Source: Acidobacteriota bacterium (lineage in GTDB: Bacteria; Acidobacteriota; UBA890; WLXD01). From it: a DNA stretch of 64,000 nt. The notes under the pieces are model-generated. The model was not told the origin of the DNA. It saw nothing but the letters and a program-made list of their open reading frames with translations, and did no database searches. Where the stretch lies: assembly GCA_965205505.1 (NCBI GenBank), contig CBDBHB010000007.1, positions 1 through 64,000 on the forward strand, written 5' to 3'. This document shows, piece after piece, positions 18,017-28,845 of this stretch (the first letter of the stretch is position 1; every line of letters begins with the position of its first letter). Position numbers and translations under genes: made by a program.

Positions 18017-18210
18017 GTCGCGCGCTCCCGGCGCGCCTCGATCCAACGCACAAGGTCATCCTCGTGGATCCTGATTGCCCGGTCTGTCACCCGAACGACG
18101 GGGAGCTCACCACGCGCCACCAACGTGTAGAGAGTGCTGCGCGGAATCGTCGTCAGCTCGGCGGCGGCCCGCAGTGACAAGAGCCTCGGAATCTGGCGCG
18201 GCTTGCTCAC
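18013..18210 (-). CDS. Excisionase-like helix-turn-helix protein
   Basis: LLSLRAAAELTTIPRSTLYTLVARGELPVVRV...IRI. Confidence 0.85.
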   Translation of the reverse strand: MSKPRQIPRLLSLRAAAELTTIPRSTLYTLVARGELPVVRVTDRAIRIHEDDLVRWIEARRERAT

Positions 18211-18488
18211 GGCGCCGCTCCATTGGCACGACGTAGGAGCTCGAAGTACTTCGCCGCGAGGCGGCCCCGAGGGACACGTTTGCCGGTCTCCCAGCGTGAT
18301 ACGGAGGCCACGGATACCCGGAGAGCATCCGCGACTTCGCGCTGAGTCAGCCCCGACCGCTCCCGAAGCGCCCGCGCCACAGCTGGGGACGCCTGCAGTC
18401 GTTGACGCGCCGCGGCGCAGGCGATTACGGCTGCGGCTCTTTCGTCGAACGTCTTCTTATGGAGAACGACTTGCATACGAGACACCAA
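18207..18488 (-). CDS. Small XRE/Cro-like HTH regulator
   Basis: LRERSGLTQREVADALRVSVASVSRWETGKRVP. Confidence 0.88.
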   Translation of the reverse strand: MVSRMQVVLHKKTFDERAAAVIACAAARQRLQASPAVARALRERSGLTQREVADALRVSVASVSRWETGKRVPRGRLAAKYFELLRRANGAAP

Positions 18489-18512
18489 ATCGTTAGCGTG
18501 GGACGGTGCAAC

Positions 18513-18550
18513 AAGGTAACGGTTCTGCGCCTATATGTGCAAGCATATAG
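18513..18550 (-). promoter_or_regulatory. Putative leftward promoter and operator between the divergent XRE genes
   Basis: Minus-strand TTGCAC, 18 bp, TACCTT, overlapping the inverted repeat CTATATG-N6-CATATAG (18531-18550). Confidence 0.5.
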
Positions 18551-18583
18551 ATCGTTCTAAATTCAGATACAGGTGTCGCGAGA

Positions 18584-19594
18584 ATGGAACAAATGCCTAC
18601 GAAGAGGCTCCAGGCTATCGCCGCAGCGCTAAGGGAGGCCCGCGAACGGCGCGGCTGGTCCATGCGGCAAACGGCGAAAGCCGCGCAGGTTTCTGTGAGC
18701 ACAGTCGCGCGGCTTGAGAACCCGGGCGAAGGCGGCTCACCGAGCGTGCAGACTCTGGAGGCGATCGCCGATGTTTTGGGCTGTCCTTTCTCGGAGCTGC
18801 TAGGCGAGCCGGCACAGATCGAGTACCGAGCGCTGGCCGAGTGGCCCGAGGCCCTCCAGGAGGTGATAGCCGACCGAGGGGGCTTCGTTCGCCCGGCCGA
18901 ACAGGCGTTCCTTGCCGAACGGCTACGGACGCTCTCGCCCGGTGAGGAGCCCGGCAGGGCGAGGGCGGGACTTCCGCAGGCGAAAGACGATCCCAAGTAC
19001 TGGCGGGATCAGTTGCGGGCTTTCAGAGACTCCCGGCTGTGGCGAGTGATCGACGCTTTGGTCACGAGCGGATGGCGGCTTAATCAATCCGGCGTGGTGG
19101 GGTTGGATTTGATCGTTCAAGAGATGATTGGGCCGGCGCCAGATCTGGAGAGGGTCGCCGAGAACAGTACGGAGCAGTTGCCCGGCGAGGACCCCGACGG
19201 ACCGGGCGACGACGCGGAGCAGGAGGCCGCCAGTCGGCTTGGCGTGTCCCGCTACGACGTTGCCGTAATGGCTCGTGGCCTCTGGGAACGCTCGTTCACG
19301 GAGGAGAGGGACGCCCGAGTCGCGCAAAAGGCTGGCCCCGAAGCTTCGGCCCCCACCGTGCGAACGTACCGCGGCCACGTGCGCCGGGAGCTGCTGGGCG
19401 AGCTGCGCGCCGAGATCGAGCGAGTGAAGGCGGAGTGGGATCGGGTTGCCCTGCGCCTCTGGGATCGATCCTGGGACGACGAGCTCGAGCGCCGCGTCGA
19501 GGAGCGTGGAGACCCGGGCGACAGGGAGCGGGCCGCCATCTGGCGGGAACTGGCGAAAGAGCTCAAGGCAGCGATGGACGAGGAGGAAGACTGA
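18584..19594 (+). CDS. XRE-family repressor with long uncharacterised C-terminal region
   Basis: LREARERRGWSMRQTAKAAQVSVSTVARLEN...PSVQTLEAIADVLG; TGA overlaps the integrase ATG. Confidence 0.82.
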   Translation: MEQMPTKRLQAIAAALREARERRGWSMRQTAKAAQVSVSTVARLENPGEGGSPSVQTLEAIADVLGCPFSELLGEPAQIEYRALAEWPEALQEVIADRGGFVRPAEQAFLAERLRTLSPGEEPGRARAGLPQAKDDPKYWRDQLRAFRDSRLWRVIDALVTSGWRLNQSGVVGLDLIVQEMIGPAPDLERVAENSTEQLPGEDPDGPGDDAEQEAASRLGVSRYDVAVMARGLWERSFTEERDARVAQKAGPEASAPTVRTYRGHVRRELLGELRAEIERVKAEWDRVALRLWDRSWDDELERRVEERGDPGDRERAAIWRELAKELKAAMDEEED

Positions 19595-20655
19595 TGGGGC
19601 AGCTACGCAAACGCGGCAACATTTGGTGGCTGCGCTACTACCGCGCCGGGCGGCGATACGAGGAGAGCTCGGGCAGCACCCGGAAGAGCGACGCCGAGCG
19701 ACTACTACGAATCCGGGAGGGCGACATAGCTCGAGGGATTCCGGTCACTTCGAAGGTCGGCCGACTCCGCTTCGATGAGGCCGCGGCCGACGTGGTCACC
19801 GACTACCGGGTCAACGGCAAGCGATCGCTGCGGGACGTCGAGCACCGCGTCCGGCTACACCTCGAACCATTCTTCGGCGGTCGCCGGATGGCAACGATCA
19901 CGACGGCCGACGTTCGCGCGTACACTTCGCACCGCCAAGGTGAGGGCGCGGCCAACGCCACAGTCAATCGTGAGCTCGCGATCGTGAAGCGCGCGTTCCG
20001 GCTGGCGGTCCAGGCGCGCAAGCTCCTGCACAGTCCCCACATCCCCATGTTGAATGAGGACAACATCCGTCAGGGATTCTTCGCGCGCGATCAGTTCGAG
20101 ACGCTCCGCGCCGCCCTCCCTGCCGAGATTCGGGGCGTCGTGACGTTTGCGTACCTCACCGGCTGGCGCACCCGCTCGGAGATTCTCCCGCTTCAATGGC
20201 CGCAGGTGGACCGCAAGGCTCGCACAATTCGCCTTGAACCTGGCACGACGAAGAACGCCGAGGGCCGCACCCTGCCCTACGATCTGCTGCCGGAGCTGGT
20301 AGAGGTCATCGAACGGCAGTGGCGGGAGCGCGAGCGCCTGGCCGCCGAAGGCGTGATCAGCCCCTACGTGTTTCATCGAGACGGGAGTCTGATCAAGGAC
20401 TTCCGTAGGGCGTGGGTGTCGGCTTGCAAAGCTGCCGGTTGTCTGGGAAAACTCCCCCATGACTTTCGCCGGACGGCGGTTCGTAACCTGGTCCGCGCCG
20501 GCGTCCCCGAGAAGACCGCGATGATGATCACCGGCCACAAGACCCGGTCGGTGTTCGATCGATACGATATCGTCGACGAGGCTGATCTAAGGAACGCACT
20601 TGGGAGGCTCGGGCGACGTGACGGGGACAAAAAAGGGACAACTTGGCGGTTCTAG
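19594..20655 (+). CDS. int: Tyrosine recombinase/integrase
   Basis: Start MGQLRKRGNIWW; catalytic TGWR, TKN, HDFRR, TGH and RY residues; adjacent to the att repeat. Confidence 0.95.
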   Translation: MGQLRKRGNIWWLRYYRAGRRYEESSGSTRKSDAERLLRIREGDIARGIPVTSKVGRLRFDEAAADVVTDYRVNGKRSLRDVEHRVRLHLEPFFGGRRMATITTADVRAYTSHRQGEGAANATVNRELAIVKRAFRLAVQARKLLHSPHIPMLNEDNIRQGFFARDQFETLRAALPAEIRGVVTFAYLTGWRTRSEILPLQWPQVDRKARTIRLEPGTTKNAEGRTLPYDLLPELVEVIERQWRERERLAAEGVISPYVFHRDGSLIKDFRRAWVSACKAAGCLGKLPHDFRRTAVRNLVRAGVPEKTAMMITGHKTRSVFDRYDIVDEADLRNALGRLGRRDGDKKGTTWRF

Positions 20656-20730
20656 CCGAATAGCCCGACTCAGGAGCTCCTCATGAATCACCTGTAAGTC
20701 ACTGAACTATAAGGTGTTGTCTAGTTTGTC

Positions 20731-20803
20731 GGGCCGCTAGCTCAACTGGCAGAGCAACGGACTCTTAATCCGTAGGTTCTAGGTTCGATTCCTAGGCGGC
20801 TCA
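20731..20803 (+). tRNA. tRNA-Lys(CTT), intact copy at the right att site
   Basis: Acceptor GGGCCGC/GCGGCTC; ACGGA-CTCTTAA-TCCGT; GGTTCGATTCC. Confidence 0.95.
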
Positions 20804-20900
20804 CCTCTCTCGACAGGTTCATGAAGGGCTTGTCGATCGCCTGCCGGTTTCCGTCACTCGCCCGTGCGGCACGTGACGGCCGGCGGCGGGTAAACGCCGC

Positions 20901-20984
20901 GCGAAAGTGGCGGAATTGGCAGACGCGCTGGCCTTAGGAGCCAGTGGGCTAACGCCCGTGGGGGTTCGAGTCCCCCCTTTCGCA
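20901..20984 (+). tRNA. tRNA-Leu(TAG)
   Basis: GCGAAAG/CTTTCGC; CTGGC-CTTAGGA-GCCAG; long variable arm. Confidence 0.95.
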
Positions 20985-21082
20985 TGTTCTCCGGCAACAT
21001 CGCTGTTCGCCTGGTAGGTAACACGACCGCGCGATACGTCCTTCCCCCATGCACACTCGACACTGCCGCGGAAGTAATAAGA

Positions 21083-22414
21083 ATGACTGCACCGATCGAT
21101 CATGAAGCCGAATACTCCCATGATGGCGTCCAACATACTCTCCGGCTTGTGGTTCCGGCCGAGATAATGCGCCAGCGGCTAGATGCCGCGACGCAGGGCT
21201 TTCGCGAGCACGCGCGAATCGCGGGATTTCGCCGGGGCAAGGCTCCGTTGTCCATGGTTGCCCAGCAGTTCGGAGACCAGATTAGGCAGCGCGTGCTGGA
21301 CGACGCCATTCCCGAATTCGTTCGCGCCGAGTTGGAAGCACGCGATCTCCTGCCGCTCGATTCGCCGGCACTCGACGAGGTCGAATTCCGTGCCGGCGAG
21401 GCGCTGACCTTTACGGTGCACTTCGATACGGCGCCGGAAGTAATCATCGCCGACACCGAACTGAGTGCCACCCGGCCGCGACCGGAGCTCACCGACGAGA
21501 TGATCGACGAGGCTCTGGCGAAGCTGCGCGAGCGTGCTGCCAGCCTCGCACCTGCCAGCGATGGCGAGGGCATCTCCGCCGAGAACTACGCTCGGTGCGA
21601 CATCGCGCTGTTCGCCAAGGACGGCAAAGGGCGGAAACTTCTGGAGGAGAACCGCTACGTCCACGTCGGACACGAGCAGGCGATCCCCGGGCTCAACGCC
21701 CAGCTCGACGGCTTGACCGTCGGCGAGGAGCGAACGTTCGTAACCGAGCTGGCTGACACTTATCCGAATTCACTGCTCGCCGGCAAGGAAGTCCGATGTC
21801 GCGTACAGGTTACCGAGATCAAGTGCCGGCAGCTGCCGACGATCGACGACGACTTCGCCAAGGATCTCGGCTTTGACGACCTCTCGGCGCTGCGCGTCAA
21901 GGTTGGGGAGGACTTGAAGCAGTCACTCGAGGTAAAGGCGAAGCGCAAGGTCGAACAACAGTTGCTCGACCAACTGCGCACGAAGAACCCGGTGGTGGTG
22001 CCTCGATCTCTCATCGAGCGCCGCCTTGACGAAATGTCACAGCGGTTTGCCTCCGAGCTGGCGCAGCAAGGTGTCGATCCTCGCGAGGCGGTCAACTGGG
22101 CCGAGTTTCGAGCCGAGAACCAGACGCGCGCCAGCGATGGAATCGCCGAGGAGTTGTTGCTCGACCGGATTGCGGACGACGAGCAGGTGGTGGTGGATGA
22201 CACGCTGGTTACGGCCGAAATCCGCTCCCAACTCGCCCAGAGCGAGGGAGGAAACAAGCGGCCTCTTCCGTCCGTGGTCCAGCAGATGCGGAAAGAGGGG
22301 GCCTTCGAAGGATTGCGCACGACCATGCGCCGACGTTTGGCTTTGGATCACCTTCATGACCGTGCTACGATCATCGACGATGGTGGCGAAAATGCCAGTG
22401 GTACCGGGGCTTAG
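21083..22414 (+). CDS. tig: Trigger factor
   Basis: [10 protein letters not shown] motif, FKBP-like middle domain, [10 protein letters not shown]; position between tRNA-Leu and clpP. Confidence 0.92.
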   Translation: MTAPIDHEAEYSHDGVQHTLRLVVPAEIMRQRLDAATQGFREHARIAGFRRGKAPLSMVAQQFGDQIRQRVLDDAIPEFVRAELEARDLLPLDSPALDEVEFRAGEALTFTVHFDTAPEVIIADTELSATRPRPELTDEMIDEALAKLRERAASLAPASDGEGISAENYARCDIALFAKDGKGRKLLEENRYVHVGHEQAIPGLNAQLDGLTVGEERTFVTELADTYPNSLLAGKEVRCRVQVTEIKCRQLPTIDDDFAKDLGFDDLSALRVKVGEDLKQSLEVKAKRKVEQQLLDQLRTKNPVVVPRSLIERRLDEMSQRFASELAQQGVDPREAVNWAEFRAENQTRASDGIAEELLLDRIADDEQVVVDDTLVTAEIRSQLAQSEGGNKRPLPSVVQQMRKEGAFEGLRTTMRRRLALDHLHDRATIIDDGGENASGTGA

Positions 22415-22515
22415 TGAGTCGTCGGTACCAGTTGACGCCGCTGCTTGTTTTCGCTGAGAGTGACGATTCGACGCGGCATAATACTGCTCGCCGCCAGCCC
22501 AGCTCGGAGCCCGCG

Positions 22516-23106
22516 ATGACGCTCGTCCCCATGGTCGTAGAACAGACTGCTCGGGGCGAGCGCGCATACGACATTTACTCGCGGCTGCTCAAAGATCACA
22601 TCATCTTTATCGGTTCTCCGATCGACGACGTGATCGCCAACCTGGTGATCGCCCAGTTGCTGTACCTCGAGGCGGAAGGTCCGGAGCGTGACATATCGCT
22701 CTACATCAACAGCCCCGGCGGATCGGTCACCGACGGACTCGCGGTGCTCGATACCATGCAGTTCATTCGGCCGGACGTGTCGACGATCTGTATCGGTCAG
22801 GCGATGAGTATGGGCGCGATTCTGCTGGCAGCCGGCGCTCCCGGGAAGCGCTTCGCGCTTCCGAACGCGCGCATCATGATCCATCAACCCTCGGGCGGCA
22901 TGCAGGGAACCGCCGCCGATATTCAGATCCAAGCGCGCGAGATCGTGCGGCTGCGCGAGCAGCTCAACCATATGCTTTCGAAATGGACCGGTCAGTCTGT
23001 AGAGAAGATCGCATCGGACGCTGACCGGGACTTTGTTCTGACAGCGTCCGAATCCGTCGAGTATGGTTTGCTAGACAAGGTCATTGCCTCGCGCGACGCG
23101 AGCTAG
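22516..23106 (+). CDS. clpP: ATP-dependent Clp protease proteolytic subunit
   Basis: [30 protein letters not shown] and IMIHQP motifs. Confidence 0.97.
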   Translation: MTLVPMVVEQTARGERAYDIYSRLLKDHIIFIGSPIDDVIANLVIAQLLYLEAEGPERDISLYINSPGGSVTDGLAVLDTMQFIRPDVSTICIGQAMSMGAILLAAGAPGKRFALPNARIMIHQPSGGMQGTAADIQIQAREIVRLREQLNHMLSKWTGQSVEKIASDADRDFVLTASESVEYGLLDKVIASRDAS

Positions 23107-23166
23107 CCCGCCTACCCACGTGCGCTCGATGGGGCGAGCACACCTCCGGTTTCCAGGAAATCGAAC

Positions 23167-24408
23167 ATGAGCCGATCTAGCTCGGGAAACTCATCGCTGC
23201 GCTGCTCGTTCTGTAGCAAGAGCCAGAGCGAAGTACGCAAGCTGATTGCCGGCCCCAACGTGTACATCTGCGATGAGTGCATCGAGATCTGCACGGACAT
23301 CATCGCCGAGGAGCGCGACCTCGAGGAGCGCAGTGAGCTCGTCGAGCTGCCCAAGCCGACAGAGATCAAGGAGTTCCTCGACCAATACGTTGTCGGACAG
23401 GGCGCGGCCAAGAAGAAGCTCGCCGTCGCTGTGTACAACCACTATCGGCGCAACGACCTGCTCGAGCGGCAGACCAACGACGATGTCGAGCTCTCGAAGA
23501 GCAACATCCTGCTGATGGGACCCACTGGAACCGGCAAGACCCTGCTCGCGCAGACGCTCGCTCGCGTGCTCCAGGTACCTTTCACGATCGCCGACGCCAC
23601 TACGCTCACCGAAGCGGGATACGTCGGCGAAGACGTCGAGAACATCGTCCTCAAGCTTTTCCAGGCGTCAGGCTACGACAAGGAGAAGACCGAACGGGGC
23701 ATCATCTACATCGATGAGATCGACAAGATAGCTCGTAAGGACGAGAACCCCTCGATCACACGCGATGTCTCGGGCGAGGGCGTACAGCAGGCGTTGCTGA
23801 AGATCCTCGAGGGCGTGCAGGCGAACGTGCCCCCGCAGGGTGGGCGCAAGCACCCACACCAGGAGTTCTTCCAGATCGATACCACCAACGTACTGTTCAT
23901 CGTAGGTGGCGCATTCGTCGGCCTCGACCGCATCATCGGGCGGCGCCTCGGGCAGCAGGGACTGGGCTTCACCGCCGACGTGCAGCAATACGTGGCCACA
24001 GAAGAGAACCTCTTCGCCCAGGTGCAGCCAACCGACCTGATTCGCTATGGGTTAATCCCCGAGTTTGTCGGCCGCCTGCCGGTGGTAGGCCACCTGAACC
24101 CGCTGAACTGCGAAGATCTCGTAACCATCCTGACCGAGCCGAAGAACGCGCTTCTGAAGCAATACCAGAAGCTCTTCGATTGTGAGGGCGTGAACCTGAC
24201 GTTCACCGACGATTCGTTGGTGGCGATTGCCGAAGCGGCGATCGAGCGCGGTATCGGCGCGCGCGGCCTGCGCGCCATCATGGAAGATTTCATGCTCGAG
24301 ATCATGTACAAGCTGCCAAGCGAGATCGGTGTCGAGGAGTGCGTGATCTCACGCGAGGTCGTGGAGAACAAGATCGACCCGCTAGCGGTGATAAAGAAAG
24401 CCGGCTGA
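23167..24408 (+). CDS. clpX: ATP-dependent Clp protease ATP-binding subunit
   Basis: CSFC zinc finger, [22 protein letters not shown]. Confidence 0.97.
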   Translation: MSRSSSGNSSLRCSFCSKSQSEVRKLIAGPNVYICDECIEICTDIIAEERDLEERSELVELPKPTEIKEFLDQYVVGQGAAKKKLAVAVYNHYRRNDLLERQTNDDVELSKSNILLMGPTGTGKTLLAQTLARVLQVPFTIADATTLTEAGYVGEDVENIVLKLFQASGYDKEKTERGIIYIDEIDKIARKDENPSITRDVSGEGVQQALLKILEGVQANVPPQGGRKHPHQEFFQIDTTNVLFIVGGAFVGLDRIIGRRLGQQGLGFTADVQQYVATEENLFAQVQPTDLIRYGLIPEFVGRLPVVGHLNPLNCEDLVTILTEPKNALLKQYQKLFDCEGVNLTFTDDSLVAIAEAAIERGIGARGLRAIMEDFMLEIMYKLPSEIGVEECVISREVVENKIDPLAVIKKAG

Positions 24409-24694
24409 GGTTCTTCTCGGCAAGCACCGACTGACATAACCGCCGCCGCGACGCTGCGTCCCAAAGTGCGACCTACGTTCGCCTCGACAGCCGCTGACGC
24501 TGGTCAGGCCCACTTGCGATTTGCGGCCGTCTCTCGCCACCGTGTAACCTCTACGCTGTAGGGGGAAACAGCGCAGCCACTCGCTGCGGCGGCGCCGATT
24601 GGAACTTTCTACCGTAGCTCGGCCCTCGGCCACGGTTTCGCAGGCGCATGAGCTCGACATCCTGTCGAGCACCACCAGAAACCTCCCACATCCT

Positions 24695-27442
24695 ATGGCA
24701 AAACAACCGACCAGCGACTACCAGACCTTGCCCCTCTTACCGCTGAGGGATGTCGTCATCTTTCCCGGAATGATGATGCCGTTCGTTGTCGGCCGCTCGC
24801 GCTCAGTGAACGCGCTCGAGCGCGCCATGGAAACCGGCAAGCGCCTGTTTCTATCGGCGCAGAAGGACGCCGAGGCAGAGGATCCCGGCACCGGCGACAT
24901 CTACAGTCTGGGCACAGTCTCGACCATCGTGCAGAGTCTGAAGCGACCCGATGGCACGGTAAAAGTTCTGGTCGAAGGGGTGCGGAGGGCGCGCGTGATC
25001 GAGCCCACCGACGAGACCAGCTTCCTCGAGGTTGTGGTCAAGCCTATCGAAGACACCGACGACGACGAGCTGCTGTCGCGCAAGACACGACGCCTGGTCC
25101 GGCTGTTCGAGAAGTACGTGAAGCTGTCGTCCAATCTACCGAACGAAGCCGTGCTGGCGGCGGTAAAGAAAGACCATCCCGGTCGTCTCGCCGATACCAT
25201 CGCCGCCCATTTGCCGCTCGACGTCCCGGCCAAGCAAGAGATTCTCGAGATCGTCGACGTCGAGGCGCGCCTGGATAGGCTTACCCAGTACATCAGCACC
25301 GAGATGGAAAAGGTGAAGATGGACCGGGAGATTCAAGGCCGCGTCAAGAAGCAAATGGAGCAGGCGCAGCGCGAGTACTACCTCAACGAGAAGATCAAGG
25401 CGATCCAGAAGGAGCTCGGCCGCGGCGACCGCGAGTCTGATCTCGATCAGCTCCGCCGACGCATCATCGAGGCTCGCCTGCCTGCCGAGGTCGGCGAAAA
25501 GGTGGACCAAGAGCTCGATCGTCTCGAGGCCATGCCGCCCATGTCGGCCGAAGCCACGGTCTCACGCAACTACGTCGATTGGTTGGTCTCGGTGCCGTGG
25601 TTCCGGCGCAATCTGGAGAACCGTGACCTGGAGCGCGCCGGCCAGGTGCTGGAACAAGATCACTACGGCCTTGACGACATCAAGGAACGCATTCTCGAGT
25701 TCCTCGCCGTCCGCCAACTGGTTGACAACCCGCGCGGCTCGATCCTGTGCTTCGTCGGACCGCCAGGCACCGGCAAGTCATCGCTCGCCAAGTCGATCGC
25801 CCGGGCCACGGCGCGAGACTTCGTGCGTCAGTCGCTCGGTGGTGTTCGCGACGAGGCCGAGATACGCGGCCATCGGCGCACCTATATCGGCGCGTTTCCA
25901 GGGCAGATCATGCAGCGTATGAAACAGGCGGGGGTGCTCAACCCGGTGTTTCTGCTCGACGAGATCGACAAGATGAGCATGGACTTTCGAGGCGACCCGT
26001 CGGCGGCGTTGATGGAGGTGCTGGACCCGGAGCAGAACCACACGTTCGTCGACCACTACCTCGACGCGGAGTACGACCTGTCGGGAGTGATGTTCATCTG
26101 CACGGCCAACGTTCTGCACACCGTACCCGCCCCACTGCAGGACCGCATGGAGGTCATCCACCTGTCCGGCTATACACAGCAGGAGAAACTGCAGATAGCC
26201 CGGCGACACCTGCTCAGCAAGCAAATCGCATTTCACGGCTTGCTACCGGATCAACTCGAGCTAACCGACGCGGCGCTCGACAAGCTCATCGACGAGTACA
26301 CGCGCGAGGCGGGAGTCCGCCGGCTCGAGCGAGAGCTCGCCAAAGTGTGCCGCAAGGGCGCGCATGACCTGGTGAAAGAACACCATACCGAGATCGCGTT
26401 AGCCGCCGAGGAAGACGCACGGCGCCTGCTCGAGGTGAAGCCGCCGGCACTAGAGGACGCGACGGAGGATCCGACCGGCGTACCGCCGGGCGAGGATGCT
26501 GCCGACGAACCGATCGCTGCCAGCGGCGACGCCGATGGCTCGGCGGATGGCGCCGCCGTGGCAGATCCGGAGACAACCCAGGCGGAGGACGCAAGCTCTT
26601 CCGACACCCTGGACCCCAACGATTTGCCCGAGCTCACGGCCGACGACATCTTCGTCGAAGCTCGCGACCCGCTCACCCAATCGCTCCCGGTTCGTAGCCG
26701 GATGGCAGAGGCGATCCCCGACGACGCTACGATCCTCGTCGACGAGGAACGCCTCGAGGAGTATCTCGGCGTACCGCGCTACAAGCGCAAGCGGCGCGAG
26801 AAGCAAGCCGCCATCGGACTCGCCTTCGGGCTCGCGTGGACAGAGCACGGCGGCGAGAAGCTCGACATCGAAGTCTCGCTCATGCCTGGCAAGGGAAAGC
26901 TCGCGCTCACCGGCCAACTCGGCGACGTGATGCAGGAGTCCGGCCAGACGGCACTGTCCTATATTCGCTCGCGCACCGGCCACCTGGGCATGGCACGCGA
27001 CTTCTATGCGAAGCTTGACGTCCACGTGCATGTGCCCGAGGGAGCCATTCCCAAGGATGGCCCCTCCGCCGGCATCGCGCTGGCGACGGCGATGGTTTCA
27101 GCGCTCACCGGGATACCGATCCGGCACGACCTTGCCATGACCGGTGAGATCACTTTGCGTGGCAACGTGTTGCCGATCGGTGGTGTGAAGGAAAAGGTGC
27201 TCGGCGCGCATCGCGTCGACATCACCACGGTGCTACTGCCGGCAGAAAACGAGAAAGATCTCAAAGACGTTCCGGATGAGATTCGCGAGCAGCTCACGAT
27301 CCACCTCGTTTCGACGATGGACGAAGTCCTGAAGCACGCGCTGGTCTCGCCGCTGACACCGCTGCCGGACGAGGAGCAGGATGGCGGACTAGCCGCAGAT
27401 CCACGTCCAAGCGGTGCTCTGGAACCGCCGCTGACCCACTAG
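24695..27442 (+). CDS. lon: Lon protease (endopeptidase La) with acidic insertion
   Basis: [24 protein letters not shown] and IGGVKEK motifs. Confidence 0.96.
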   Translation: MAKQPTSDYQTLPLLPLRDVVIFPGMMMPFVVGRSRSVNALERAMETGKRLFLSAQKDAEAEDPGTGDIYSLGTVSTIVQSLKRPDGTVKVLVEGVRRARVIEPTDETSFLEVVVKPIEDTDDDELLSRKTRRLVRLFEKYVKLSSNLPNEAVLAAVKKDHPGRLADTIAAHLPLDVPAKQEILEIVDVEARLDRLTQYISTEMEKVKMDREIQGRVKKQMEQAQREYYLNEKIKAIQKELGRGDRESDLDQLRRRIIEARLPAEVGEKVDQELDRLEAMPPMSAEATVSRNYVDWLVSVPWFRRNLENRDLERAGQVLEQDHYGLDDIKERILEFLAVRQLVDNPRGSILCFVGPPGTGKSSLAKSIARATARDFVRQSLGGVRDEAEIRGHRRTYIGAFPGQIMQRMKQAGVLNPVFLLDEIDKMSMDFRGDPSAALMEVLDPEQNHTFVDHYLDAEYDLSGVMFICTANVLHTVPAPLQDRMEVIHLSGYTQQEKLQIARRHLLSKQIAFHGLLPDQLELTDAALDKLIDEYTREAGVRRLERELAKVCRKGAHDLVKEHHTEIALAAEEDARRLLEVKPPALEDATEDPTGVPPGEDAADEPIAASGDADGSADGAAVADPETTQAEDASSSDTLDPNDLPELTADDIFVEARDPLTQSLPVRSRMAEAIPDDATILVDEERLEEYLGVPRYKRKRREKQAAIGLAFGLAWTEHGGEKLDIEVSLMPGKGKLALTGQLGDVMQESGQTALSYIRSRTGHLGMARDFYAKLDVHVHVPEGAIPKDGPSAGIALATAMVSALTGIPIRHDLAMTGEITLRGNVLPIGGVKEKVLGAHRVDITTVLLPAENEKDLKDVPDEIREQLTIHLVSTMDEVLKHALVSPLTPLPDEEQDGGLAADPRPSGALEPPLTH

Positions 27443-27502
27443 CAGGCCGTGGTCTGGTTACGGAGCTCGCCGCGTTGAGCGGCGTCACGAGGACACCACG
27501 TC

Positions 27503-28108
27503 GTGAAGATCCAGGACGTACGGCCGGAGTTCACGACATCGCGTCCGGGCGACTATCCGCCTGATTCGCTGCCGGAGATCGCATTTCTCGGTCGATCCAA
27601 CGTCGGCAAGTCGAGCCTTATCAATTCGCTGCTCAGGCGGAAGCGACTGGCGCGCACGAGCAAAGCACCCGGCCGCACGCGCGCCATCCACTGGTATCGC
27701 GTGGAGGGCGGCGGGCTGCGGTGTCGGTTCGTCGATCTGCCTGGATACGGCTACGCACGAGTACCGCGACAGGTGCGCGAGCACGAGTGGGCGGCACTGA
27801 TCGAAACCTACCTGCGGTCGAAGCAGCCGATGGCGGTGGCGATACAGTTGCTCGATATCCGGCGCGAAGGCCCGACGAGACTCGATGAGCAGATGATCGA
27901 GTGGTTGCAGGCCAACGAGCGGCCCACCACCTACGTGCTCACGAAGGCCGACAAGCTGTCGCGCTCACGCCGCGCTCGCGCCGCCCAGCTATTCGCCCGC
28001 GAGCTTCAGCTACCGGATGGGGTACGACCCATTCCTTATTCGGCGGTAACCGGCGAGGGGCGCACCGAACTATGGTCGGTACTCGACACCCACATCACAA
28101 AGAGCTGA
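27503..28108 (+). CDS. engB: Ribosome biogenesis GTPase EngB/YsxC
   Basis: GRSNVGKSS, DLPGYGY and TKADK motifs. Confidence 0.95.
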   Translation: MKIQDVRPEFTTSRPGDYPPDSLPEIAFLGRSNVGKSSLINSLLRRKRLARTSKAPGRTRAIHWYRVEGGGLRCRFVDLPGYGYARVPRQVREHEWAALIETYLRSKQPMAVAIQLLDIRREGPTRLDEQMIEWLQANERPTTYVLTKADKLSRSRRARAAQLFARELQLPDGVRPIPYSAVTGEGRTELWSVLDTHITKS

Positions 28109-28293
28109 CGGCTGTCGGCGGCCCTTTCGCTACGGGACGGTGCCCTTTCGCAATGGCTGTCGGCGGGTAGCCGAGACGATGAGGCTCGCCGTTGAATGGT
28201 ATTCTTGTTGATCTGCTCCGTACTGGCGACACTCGCACTCGAAGCACTCGCTGACGGCATTGCTGTGGATAGCGAGAACAGGATAACGCTCCC

Positions 28294-28800
28294 ATGAAAG
28301 AAGGACTCCACCCGGAGTACCACCCGGTCGTTTTCGTGGACGGCGCCGCTGATTTCGAGCTGGTTACGCGATCGACGAAGACGAGCACCGAAACGCGCGA
28401 GATCGACGGCGTCGATCATTACGTGCTTCGTGTCGAGATCTCCTCGGCGTCGCACCCCTTCTTCACCGGCGAACAACGCTTCATCGACACGGCCGGCCGC
28501 GTGGAGAAGTTCCAGCGCAAGTACAAGCAGTTCTACCAGGCGCAGGACGACGCTAGGGAAACGGTGGTCAAGAAGGCGGACGAAGTTGCCACCGCTGCCC
28601 CTGCCGCGAGCGACGAAGCCATGCCTGAGGGTGCGCCGGCGGCACCAGAAGCGGACGCGGTCGCAGAGGCGGACGACGCCGCCCTGGAGACCGGCGCCGA
28701 TGCAGAGGCGGAGCCCAGCAAGGCCGAGACGGTCTCCGAGGATAGCGCTGTCGACGCCGGCGACACGGAAGTCGCTGACGATCCCGAAGCCGAGAGCTAA
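28294..28800 (+). CDS. rpmE: 50S ribosomal protein L31 (type B, no Zn cysteines) with acidic C-terminal tail
   Basis: [16 protein letters not shown]...[11 protein letters not shown]...GRVEKF. Confidence 0.93.
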   Translation: MKEGLHPEYHPVVFVDGAADFELVTRSTKTSTETREIDGVDHYVLRVEISSASHPFFTGEQRFIDTAGRVEKFQRKYKQFYQAQDDARETVVKKADEVATAAPAASDEAMPEGAPAAPEADAVAEADDAALETGADAEAEPSKAETVSEDSAVDAGDTEVADDPEAES

Positions 28801-28845
28801 GGAGCGACGCGCTAAGGCCATGTCCGTGGCGGGCGCGTTCCGACC

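Larger units (their letters stand above)
14150..20768. mobile_element. 6.6-kb integrative element (phage-satellite/PICI-like gene set) in tRNA-Lys
   Basis: Flanking tRNA-derived direct repeats, tyrosine integrase, divergent XRE pair, Xis, primase-helicase; no capsid, terminase or conjugation genes recognised. Confidence 0.9.

Noticed and set aside
26380-26740. Intein in Lon
   Set aside because: No N-terminal Cys/Ser block or C-terminal His-Asn; composition is low-complexity acidic
28110-28290. Zur box or riboswitch upstream of type-B rpmE; short direct repeats GGCTGTCGGCGG and GCCCTTTCGC
   Set aside because: No convincing palindrome or known aptamer motif; repeats are short in a GC-rich context
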